Made by a program: the position numbers and the translations under genes. Positions 48,701 to 60,700 of a DNA stretch of 64,000 bases are shown one piece after another. Below the pieces are notes generated by a model. It was not told where the DNA came from. It did not search any database and worked only from the letters and a program-made list of their open reading frames with translations. Numbering within the stretch: the first letter of the stretch is position 1; every line of letters begins with the position of its first letter. The stretch is from Pavona decussata (taxonomy: Eukaryota). The stretch is taken from contig CDRNST010000214.1 in assembly GCA_977016875.1 (NCBI GenBank), forward strand, positions 2,790,001 to 2,854,000, given 5' to 3'.

Positions 48701-51700
48701 CAGGGCAACCAGGATTGTCGCAAAGATCTCCTCTCCATCCCACGTCACAGACACATTTGTCGTTTACCACCTTACCATGTTCAGAACACTCGCTATCGCA
48801 ACCAACACCTGAAGAAAAAACAAGAACAAAATAATGGTAGAAGCAGTATAAGATTAAGGCAGAGCATAACTAGATAAACTTATAAAAACAAGCGAGTTAC
48901 AGCATACGCCGATTTACAAGAGAAGTGTCTGTTCCCACGACCCACGATACACTAAAAATACCTACTGAGTCTCATGTTTAAGTAGAGATTCTTTAAATAA
49001 CCTGTTCCCTACTATGAAGCGATTAGATAAGCTAAGGGGTATCGTTATTTCCCCCTGCATTAAATGTTAGTTCAGTGCAGGCTGTTCAAACATTTCTCTG
49101 TGTCCCCATTACAACTTGCCGGTCCCAGCGTTCAGTCCTATTTATAACACTTCAAAAAGGGACGCTTTTGGTACGGTCTTTAGGGTGGCTTTGTAGTCGT
49201 TGTTGTTGAAATTTTAGAGAGGAAGTCAACCTAGCAAATTACTCACTTATTGATTCAGTCAATCCGCAATTATCGCCCGTTCAACAGTCCAAATCTTCAT
49301 TGGCCCAGAAAATATACTCGTTTTTATTGGCTCGGGAGATGAGTTGTTCATGAGATTATATATTGACCGGTACTGTTACATTGTTTTTGAGCGAAATAAA
49401 CATTTGAGTCCCCCAAAATCATTCGAACCTGCCAAATAAGCAAGAAAAATGTAAAAGCATGTATTGATAGTCCAAAATTATGGTTTGTCTCACGATTGTG
49501 GATCGTTATAGTTCTATTACCTGAGTAACCAGGCCAACACTTGCACTGCCCGCTGTCCATGGGAACCTGTTCCCCAAACTTACACGGATCTGCGCATGCG
49601 GGACCCATCCAGCCTCGACTGCAGTTTTGACACTGAGGAGGATCAACAGAAGCATTACAGTATCCACGGTTATAACAGTTCGGTGCACCGGGGCAGTCTG
49701 GGATATCACATCCTAATCCAGCCCAGCCTGGGTTACACGTGCACTTGTGTGTAGCGCTGTTGCAGGCACCATGTCCCGTGCAATCAACACCTACACCAGG
49801 ACACCCAGGAATTTGGCACACATCACCACGCCAGCCTTGTAGGGGATCACAATTGCAGATGCCTGAATCTGAACACGTTCCTCGACCCATGCAAAGAGAG
49901 TCGCAACCTTGACCAGCCCAGCAAGGATCGCACTTGCAGAATCCGCTGTCCATGGGTTGTTGAACACCATGGACGCAAGGATCATTGCATGCTGGGCCCA
50001 TCCAACCAATAGAGCAGTTAACACACTTTGACATCGTGGCGTTTATCACTGCGCATGTGCCTCGGTTGTAACAATCCGGTTTACCTGGACAATCAGTTTG
50101 GCTGCAGTCATCTCCGGTCCAACCAGGGTTACAGAAGCACGTTAGGAGTGCGCTGTTGCAGATACCATTTCCTGAACAGTCGTTTGGACACTTGGGAACT
50201 TCGCAGAATTTACCCTTCCATTTGCTTTCACACACACAGGTGTCATTACCGCACGATCCATGTCCAGAGCATAACGAATGGCAGTGCGTCCCAATGTAGC
50301 AAGGATTGCACTTGCACTTTTTCCCGATGCAGTCTCCATTTCCAGAACATTCGTACTTACAGTCATCACCGGTAAAACACGGGTCACACACGCACTTCCC
50401 AGTCACGCTACACCGCCCGTTTCCGTGACAGTCACTTGTTGCGTTACAGCTATGTTCGCATCGATATCCAACATAACCAGGATCACAGATACATCCTCCA
50501 CTCTCCGAGCACTGCCCGTGACCAAGACACGTGATTGATGGGTCACATTTGTACGCACAGTTCACTCCGTAATACCCTACATCACACGTGCATTTCCTTG
50601 TTTGTGACAAAAATGATCCGTGTCCACTACAGTGAAGATCGTTTTGACAAATCTGCCCAGATCCTCCTCTGCCAGCACTCCCGCTCCCTGCCGCACCCCC
50701 GGATACATCCCTGTTCCGTACGATGTCCCTTCTGATGTAATCAGGGGAGAAGTGACCAAGGTGCCCACCACCTCCTCCGCCGCCATAGTAGTACCGATGA
50801 CTGATGCAATGCACAGTGCAGCATTCAGACCTATAGCTGCCGGCACCCCCTTTGGCAGTAAGATGGCCGTGTCCTGCAAAGTGAAGGAGAAAAAAATTGA
50901 TTGTCAAATTAAGAGTCCGTAACTATTTGATTGTTTTAGTACACATGTAGCCCAGCTCCTTGAATTTTTGCAGGCTTTTGAATTAAAGTTGTCAGGTTCT
51001 TTCGCTGAATAATGTCTTGAGCGTGTAATAACGTCCCCAACAAATTGCCCAGTTGTGTAGTCATTTTGACCCTTAGGTTGTGGTTTTGTTTTTCATTTAT
51101 TTCACTATTTTACCTCTTCTAAAACATTCTCGCTTAAGGAGAGAAAATGCGCGGCTATTTTCAACATGGCAAATGTTCTCAAAATTGACGCTTTCTCCAC
51201 GCTACTGCTGTTCCTAGGGGAATATTAACAGTACTGAGTGCAATTAAATGTTAATTTACCTTCTGTGAGCCAATCAAAATCATGTTATTTTTCAGTCATA
51301 TAATGAAGTAAGTTTTTTCCATTACCTTCGAAGTGTCTTCCAGCAACACGCACGGTTCCCCCGCTCGCTCCTCCTCCACCACTGTCGCCATTAGATCCAT
51401 CTGATTTGATCCATCCATCAAGGTCTAAGAGTTTCTCCACGCTAACGTACAGGACGCCTCCACCAGAAGCAGAACTTTTGCCTCCGCCACTTCCGGCCAG
51501 CACAGCGGTACAAGGATGTTCGTAAGAGCTCCCTGAAATTAAAAAAATTGACAATCGTTTTCGGGGAATTTATTAGTTGTTTATTAGTTAACAAGCTTCT
51601 CAAACTTATTAATATTTCACTAGCGTGATGAAAGTTTGTTAAATGTGATCAGCGTAAAAAGCTTTAAGGACTGCAGATTTTTGGAATGAAAATGACACGT

Positions 51701-54700
51701 ACACTACTGTTATTCGATGGCAGAGCCCGAAAAAAACTTAAGTCTGGGTCCACCTGAGCGTTCAACAAAATTGTGTACAACAACCTATACATGATATTTT
51801 GCACGACAAAACGTGTGGAGATTCGCCAAAAAAAATCGGTTCGACGTTACGTACACAGTAAAATGTGCTGTAATCAGTGTTGACCCATTTCAGAATATTA
51901 CTTCGTAAATAGTAAAAAAATAGTCGGTCAAGTCCAGGGACCCACACCCAGTTGATCTGTAGTTAAATGCGTTTTACTGTGCAGTATTACTCCGCAGTTT
52001 GATGCTGGGCATCAAACAAGGCGGCCGTAAGGAATGGGAACGAAACACAAGTCCTTCTACCTCCATAGCTGCTGGAACAACTGCTACAGCCAGTGTAGTA
52101 TCCCATGCCGCCACGTCCGCCATGGCCCGCCCCGGCTTGACCAGAGCAAGTTGTCCGGCTCCCAGGCCCCTGCTGAGCTGGCCAGCCAAGACCTGTTCCA
52201 TCAGTGGTGGAGTCAAACTCAAGACTGAAGTAGTCTGTGTACACATTAACAGCGTCGGCTTTGAGTGAGCCAGTGTACTCCAAGGCGGTTTCAAACATGT
52301 GAAGATGCACTGCTTTGGCTGAGACGTTCTGGGTTGAGCTTTGGATCTTAAGAGTCCCACCCAGGGAAACTTGAAGCTTTTTAAACCAGTAATGGCCGAC
52401 GTAAGGTGTGATGAGACCAACGCTACACGATGAACAAGCCGATGCACCCTTTTCGGTCATAAGCGCATACACATTTGAAGAGATTCTTAACACCTCAATG
52501 CCATGGATTTCACCGTTCACTGTCAATGCAGGTGACCCAGTACCGCGGATGGTGGTATGAAGCGGAAGTAAAATCTGTCCTCCTGTGTCTATTTGGTAGT
52601 TTACTCGGGCCTCGGTGCGAATACTGTGCGTCTCGACATATATTCTGGTATTTGGTAATGCATGCAACTTGCCAGTCTTGTCACCCGTAACTTTTTTGGC
52701 GTACAGCTCGACAACTTTTCCAGAAATCTAAAACAGAAGTACTGACCGTTACCGTCAAATACTGGTAATTGGCCGAGTAGATCCTGAAGAGCAGATAGCA
52801 GTATCTATACGGCATAGGTAAAAACTAATTTCTAATCAACATTCTATTTTCATACAGCACTTTTCATGCCAAACGATGTTAGATCTTTCAAATCTACATA
52901 ATTACCTTACTAAGCTCTATGATTGGCTAAAAGATGTGTGCCACTTAGACGTAGCATAGCATTTTTTGAGACATGGTCTACAAGATGAAGCAGCTGAGTT
53001 GATGTTGCCGTGTAAAACCAAACTCAATCTAGATTTGCTCCTATCCGTTTCCCCCACAAGATGTTTCAGCAACATGCATTTTCCAGTCGAATTCGGATTT
53101 TAGTCGTCTTTTTTTTTTTTTTCATTTGTTTCTCTGTGAGTATTATGTTTGGCGAGAATGATCACCGCTCTTACCCAACACGATTTTGGGTGCAAATGCT
53201 TCATCGTTTGGCTCGGCCAGAAACGTATGTTTTCTAAAATAAACGCCTTCCTTACCTGTTTCAAATTCAGCGTTCCTTGTCTCACTAGATGAACTCTTTC
53301 AAAATCGTAAAATGCAGTGTTAGTCTCAGCTAGAGTAACCGAAAGAGTTCCTCTGTTGTTGTTATCAATCTGCAACAGTCGATATGGCTCTTCGCCCACG
53401 GTTACATTAACAAACACTGTCCCTGGACTGCCATGGTAACTCCTACCACTTGCGCCCCCTAGCGCACTCAAGGTACCTCCAAAAATGAAGCGCTCTGTCA
53501 GATACACTACGATGCGCCCTCCAGAACCAGCTCCTTCGTTACTGGGGCCTGAAACGGTAAGCGGACCATTTAGTTAAAGCTACTGCCGTTAGTTGCTTAT
53601 GGTACTGTTTTTAAAATACAATTATACTGTACAATGTGTCTCTAACTTAATTTTTTCAGTCTGTGGTTGACGTCCTAAATTGTTACCATTAAAATAAAAG
53701 CTGGTCATAGTACTTCTAGTTGGTCCTGTTTGTTTCTCAATATTTTAGTTGCAAAATTAATCTAGACCCATTTTTTTGCGCATTCTCGGACACTTTAAGA
53801 TAATTAAAAAACTTGAGAACAAATTACAAAGGTAGTGCCGTTAGGTTCCTATGGTACTGTTTGTTATACTGAGCAATGTGTTTCTAATGCTTTCAGTCTG
53901 TAGTTGACATCCTAAATTGTCAGCAATAAAATGAAAGCCTTGTTTATTCTCAATTTTTTATCATTTTTATCATTACTTCAGAACCTTTGTTTCTTTTCGT
54001 TCTCGCGGCGTTTTAGACAACGAAAAGACTAAGAATATTTAACTTTAAGGGCGAAAGAAATTACTTAACTTAAATCTACGGCACCAAACCTAATCTACGG
54101 TAGCAAAAAGTACCAAAATCTACGGTTGGATTCAAGCACTAAATCCTTCACGTTTCAACAACCTCTCCCTCTTAAAAATCTAATTACCAGAAGTAGGACA
54201 AGTTTTTCAGCTTGATCCAGTTACAACGCTGAAAAACGCTACAATCACAGCATTATTAAGAGACCCTAACTCGGGTATGAAAAACTTTGTACCCTCGCAC
54301 AGCTAAGGACAACTCCAAAAACTCTTCGGAATCTCTTTTTCTTTTGGATCTACCAAAATTCAATTGTGATTCATTTGTTTTAATGTCAGCAAGCTTAGCC
54401 AAGCTTGTGTTATGTACGCACGCTTGCAATAAGAGAAAAAAGGAACATATTAAGCATATAAAGTGGAACCTCTCTTAAACCACTAGCCAAAACGCCCGGA
54501 GAGATGCCTCAAAGGGGAAGTTTCACTTTATTTACGTTTAACATTTAAACACCAACCTCCGTGACACTCAATGGTTCCATATCCTTTGAGGAACAAACTT
54601 TTCACAATAATGGCTCCACCGCTACCTCCACCAGAGGAGCTTGATGATGATCCAACACCATTGGCTCTGATTGTTCCTTCTACAATCACGTGACCGCCCG

Positions 54701-57700
54701 TGACAATATAGAGCCATCCACCCCCAGCGCCGTAGCCGCCACCGCTTCCTGGTTTGTCAGGCCAATAAATAGACCCATACTGAGTCCCTGAGGCTGCTCT
54801 CCCACCCGGTGAGGCGTGGCTGCCACCTGTATTTCCCGAACCACTACCAGGACCACTTCCGGCTGAGTAACCAGCGCCTGCTGAGTCTATCAAGCCTCCA
54901 CTCTCTACAATGACGGAGTCGGCTTTCATGGTCACGTGATTTGTTGCCAGGACGAGTTGACCGCCTGTTGATAAATAGAAATTTGAGAAGAGAAATGCTA
55001 CGTAAAAGGTTCCTTTGCAATGGGTCAATAAAATGCCAACACACCATTCACTGACTCTCGTCATAACAACAATTAAACCATAATCTATTTCGAGTTTTCT
55101 GAAAAGGAAAGGATCAGAAAATACCAAGAGAAACGAAAATGAACCCCGGGTTGTCGGTTAATGTCAAGAACAGAGTTAATTGTTGTACAGAATTAATATG
55201 TTGTACATGCCGAATCATTATCTGTTTTTAAGAGTAGACTTAAAATTTATTTGAATATTTATTGAATCAGTAGCCATCGAATTTTATCTAGTTCTAGAAA
55301 TTTTAAAATATTTTGCAAGTTTTTAGTTATGGAAATTGCTTTGTACAGGGTTAACCTCACGATTTCCCTTTTCAGGATGTTTTTTTTGTATTGTGTTGTA
55401 GCCTCCTGAATAAAATGTTATGTTATGTTATGTTAACACAAGAAAGAGTTCAGCCAAGTAGAAGAATAAAGACAGAAATGACATGAAAATGCGCCAACCT
55501 TTCTTAACTGTTGTGTCCGCGATATCAAGCACAACCTCGACAGGGGTCATTTGTATCCTAACCACGCCGGCATTATTAACGATAAGCAGTGGAATAATTA
55601 AAAGCCCAGGTGTGAATGGATCAAATGGATTATCAGCCAGCCATTTAGACTCCTCAGGCAGCTTAGCGCTGTGAGCTGTCCCACCAAACTGTACCAAACC
55701 ATTTCTTTCAAGAACAAGCTTTTCCACTCCGGTCATTCGTCCGTTGATAGTGGAGCTCTCGCCTCGTAGGATTACCTCCGTGGGAAACACGATCTCGGCG
55801 TACTCGTCCACGTGAAAGCCGCACGGAGCATCCATGTAGGTGTGAGTGGACTCCACCACAAATACGAACAAACGCTGGCGAGCCATCAGCTTAATAATTC
55901 CCGTTTTATCGCCGGTTACTTCGTGGGCGATGGCGGTCACATTTCTTGCGTTTTGTGGATGGTAGAAGATGACGGTGGAATGACCTGAGAAGACGAACAA
56001 AGTGACACTTTTAATTTATCTCAAAATGTCATGACAAGCAATTCGAACGTAGAAACCTCTGCTATTTGGATGGGGAAGAGGACAAGCACAAAGCAAACAG
56101 TTTTGAACAGTCATTTATTAGCTCAAAGAAATGGAAAAGAAGCTCTTGTACCCATTCATGGAGCTGTTAAGAAAATACACAAACTTCAGTGCCACGAAAT
56201 GTAAATTTTCCACGTTTATCTAGGGAGCTTGGCTTTAAGATTTATAATCACACGGATTTCATGACAGAGCAACTCATTGCGGTTCATGTTAAATGTAATC
56301 TTAATTATTTTCCAAGAAGCGAGTGATCTGTTGGAGACCATTTGAAGCCGTATTTAACAATGTCACCAAACGGAACAAGCCCTGTTTTTTTTTTTTGGCA
56401 AGCCCTACTTTGCCATTTCTCAAATTAAAAGTTATCAAATTTGTTACGAACTTTGTCTCCAACGAATTTGTGAACTACGTTTCCCAGTTGGCAGATTGAT
56501 TGGTTGAATGAAAATGCTAGCAGTTCTGAATTTCCCAAGTAACACTTGAAGCGCACTTAAACAGGATCTGGGAAATCATACCTTCCACCTGCATCTCATC
56601 AAACTCGTAGAAGACTGTCTGGTTCTCCATGATGACTGTTGGTGTTGCGACATTGTTGTTCTCATTGTCGACCTTCACCTTGGCATGTTCTGGTTTAAAG
56701 GAAGTTAAGTTTGCATCCGGGTTGTACTTCAGATCACGGTACTGCGGTCCGCGGCGACTCTCGTATTTGTAAACAGTACCTGCCGCGCCTGCGTTGTTCT
56801 GGTAGCCAGAAACGCTACCACCAACGGAACGAAATTTACCTGAAAAACGCCAACAAAAAGACATCAAATGATTTTCTCAAAGGGAGAACAAACAAAGACA
56901 CAGTGAAACGCCTGGAACACCTTGAAAATTTTAGTCCATCTTTTTTCCAAGTTGAAAACATTTCCATACAATAACAACTGAACTATTGTTTTTCGGTTTC
57001 CTTTGATTCCAATGTCTTTTAGCTTTTAAAGTAATTTCCGAAAATAGGTCACAGCGAATAACATCAAAATTTGTCTTCCATTATCAATGCGAAAGACTGT
57101 TATGTACATGACATTTTTTCACCTTAACAATGTACTTTCCGATCTCGCGTTCAAATCGCTAACGCTCTTCAAAATACTATATCTAGAGTGCACATTTAAC
57201 TCTTAATTAAACCTTTCTAGGTCTAAAGCTGATGAAAGGGACTGCATACCACCAAAATTATTCTGGAAGTCAACATGAACTCCAATCCTGCCGCCTGCGC
57301 CTGCTCCACCACTGCTACTGCTGTCCCCACCATTGACATTGATCTCTCCATGTCCAGTAGCGTTAGTTGTCTCCACGAAAACACTACCCCCACTACCTCC
57401 TCCACCGGAACCACTTCCGCTCGTTCCTTTAGCGGAAATGAGGCCGTCAAGATGAATATTTTTGCCGACTTGCCACCACAAGGAGCCTCCACCTGACGAG
57501 CGATAAGGAAAAATAATGAAAGGTAACTTCAGCATTTAAAACATCTTTACCATATTTACCTTTAAATACGCTAACGCATTATTTTTTGTGGACTTTAGAT
57601 CTCGCCAAGCCATGTTAAAGTTTTGCTAGTAAAATTCTTGCGACATGCTTTGATATCTGTACAAAAATTGACCAAACGAGAAAATTACAGAACACATAAC

Positions 57701-60700
57701 ATAGTTTTATCGCCAAAAATTCACCAGATCTTCATCGCCCCGTGGGGTAGATACTACCCTGGGTCGGGTTGTTCGAAAGCCGATTAGCACTAATCTCTGA
57801 TTAAAAGTTAACCGAGGTTTTCATCTCGCTCGTTAAAGATGATTTTAAAGGCTCATTTTAAGCTAATTCTAAAGAAATGTCTTGGGCAAAACTAAGGGAA
57901 AAAAATCTTTTCGACGAATCCTTACGGATTAGTAAATATACTCGAATCAAAGTTCACGTTAACCCAGGATTAGCGTAATTGGGCTTTGAACAACTGGGCC
58001 CTGGAGTTTTGGGATGGCATACTCAGTGGATCCATTTTTCGTAACCCATTAATGCGCAATAAAGCAACATAAACGGCATTAGAGTATTAGAGATATGGCC
58101 AAAATTCAAACACTTTAGGAACATGGAAGTATTCTACAAATTGCAAGCCATGGTCGTCTTTTTTCTATTCTAAATTTCCCGCGTGCCAGTTTGGGATCTG
58201 ATAACGTTACACGGTTATTGTTAGAAAAGCAAGGACTGTTTGTGTTTATTAATTGGACATAATAGTTTTCAGTTAATGACTTGTTAAAAATACTCGGAAT
58301 ATGTGAAGAAATTCGGCTTCAAACTAAATCTTCTGTTTAAGTAACAATTCTATTTTCTGGGTGTACATTTCCTGAAAAGTGATAATCGATTCCGATAATA
58401 TCTGTCGTAAATAAATGAATTCAAACTTACCTGCTCCGCCGCTCCCAGATCCCTGTCCTCCGCCGCTGCCAAGAGACAGCGGTTTATACACAGAGCCATA
58501 AGCACTACCGCCACGGTGATTATTGTAGGATGTTCCCCCTTGACCACCAAATCCAGCGCCCGATCCTGTGCTTGCTGCAGAGGTCGACCCCGCACCAGGA
58601 CCAGTGGCAGCCTGGTGTCCTGCACCATCCAGCATCACTACACCTTTAGTTTCCACCTCAGCAAAGGCAGAGTAAAACACCCCATGATTCACCTTCACGG
58701 TTCCTTTGTGGAGGACTTCAAACAGGGATGACGTCATTGAGACGATAACGTCATGGACACGGACAAGGTCCAATAGACCACCTTGTTTAATTATGATGTG
58801 CGCGTAAGAAGAGTTGCCTGGTTTTGTGATGTCAACATAAGTGCGGTTTTCTGTAATTGCTGTTTGCGCAGTTGATGCAATCTTCAGGGTTGCTCCGTCC
58901 TCGAGGAATAGAAAGTGTACACCAGTCATTAGGCCGTAAAGCTCGGATCGGACACCGTGGACGTGGAATTCCGCCGGAAGGACGATCTCCGCTCCCTTGT
59001 CGATGCGATAGCTGCAAGGAGCTTCCGTTCTGTTGGTTTCGGATTCGATGACTTCCACATAGATTGTCTGGTTGACTTTCAGATGGAACTGCCCTGTTTT
59101 GTCCCCAATGAACTTGTGAGCTATCACTGTAACTTTGGTTTCGTTTGGATGGTATACGATGAGTCTTGAGTAACCAGTAAGCTCCACCTGAGTAGCAAAA
59201 AAACTAGAGTCATACTGGAGTCATCTTGTGCTCACGAGTGCACATAACAAGACGATGGAACCAGATTAAAATATTTATCGCTCTATGACAAATGAAACAG
59301 CATCGGTTTCAAAGATTATTTAACAATTCTGATTTTAATATAATACAAATATTTTATGTCCATCAACACTTGAATCTCTTGACTCAAACCGCGAATTATG
59401 TGACGGTTTTTTCAAAACCGCTTAATGCTGTGAACGAAAACTTAGTTTGACAGTTCTAATTTAAGTCATACATTGATGAGTACTGTTTTAAGCTATGTAG
59501 AAATGATCGTTATGGTGACAACTTATTTTTAAGATAGGGTTCAACACTATCTCAAATTCGCTCTCCTACTCGCTCGAGCTCTCATAAGCGCCTCGCGCTT
59601 GGTTTTTTACCCACCCGAGAAAAAATATCCTAAGCTCGACATGAAATGAAGTCTAAAGGGGGCCTTAAGTCTGTGAACGAAAACTCAGCGTGACGGTTTA
59701 AAGGAATGCTCTATATTTACGAGTACTTTTTTGTGGTTCTTTGCATTACACTGAACAGCATATATGAAATGTTCGTTAGGGTGACGTGCCTGGCCTTCAC
59801 AAGTATTTTGCTACGAAGTTATTTTTAGATGACAAATTTGTTCTTTGGCGCTCTAGATCTAAGACCCTGTTCACGAGTATATGTTTCCGACTTCAACAGT
59901 TTTTGCTTTAAAAGGGAGATCACTAAAGAGTTTGCACGGTCCTCGGTCCAGACTTGAACGATCATGGGAAATATGGCAAAAAACGGAGGGTTTGGAAATT
60001 ACGTTGAAACATCGGGACAGGTCGTTATAAAAATAGTTATATCGTTGTAAAGTAAGGATTTTCCATAGCTTTCGGGTTGACAGTGAAACGAACGAAGACA
60101 AATACCAGTAGAGGAAACACTTTTGGAAAAGTATTCTTAAAAATCTTCGTTTTCAAGTGAGAATGGATGTTAAACATTTGGATGAGGCCAAAGAAGGGGT
60201 CTGATTTAATAAAGTCAGGGCCCCTTTGTAAGCCACTTTCGTGAAAGGACTTCCTTCCAAAATATTAGTAAATAAGTTATTATTATAATTTGCTCTAACC
60301 TCATCAAACTCGTAATCTGTTGTCCCTTCTTCCATCAAGACTGTCGCCTCTGGAACATCCCTTCCTTCATTGTCCACGTGCAAGTAAGTGTGATCTACAG
60401 CCAGGAAAGTAGTGTTTGTCTCTTTCATGTATTTCAAAATGCGGTATTCAAGTGGACGGTAGTTCTCCTCTTTGTAAATGGTCCCTGCCGGTGCGCTATA
60501 GGTGTTACTACTGGGATTTATTCCGCCACGATCAGTAAACTTTCCACCGTACGTATACCTCCAACGGCAATGTATTCCCACTCTACCCCCGGATCCCCCG
60601 CCTCCTTGGTTACTAGCATCTCCCCCAGTAACAGCGATTTCTCCATGTCCAGTCATATTTGTTGTTTTGATAAGAATACTTCCTCCGCTGCCGCCTCCAG

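Noticed and set aside
42097-50873. Calling the gene tenascin or teneurin
   Set aside because: Only the EGF style matches; there are no FN3/fibrinogen domains or NHL/YD repeats, and topology is type I with a C-terminal TM.
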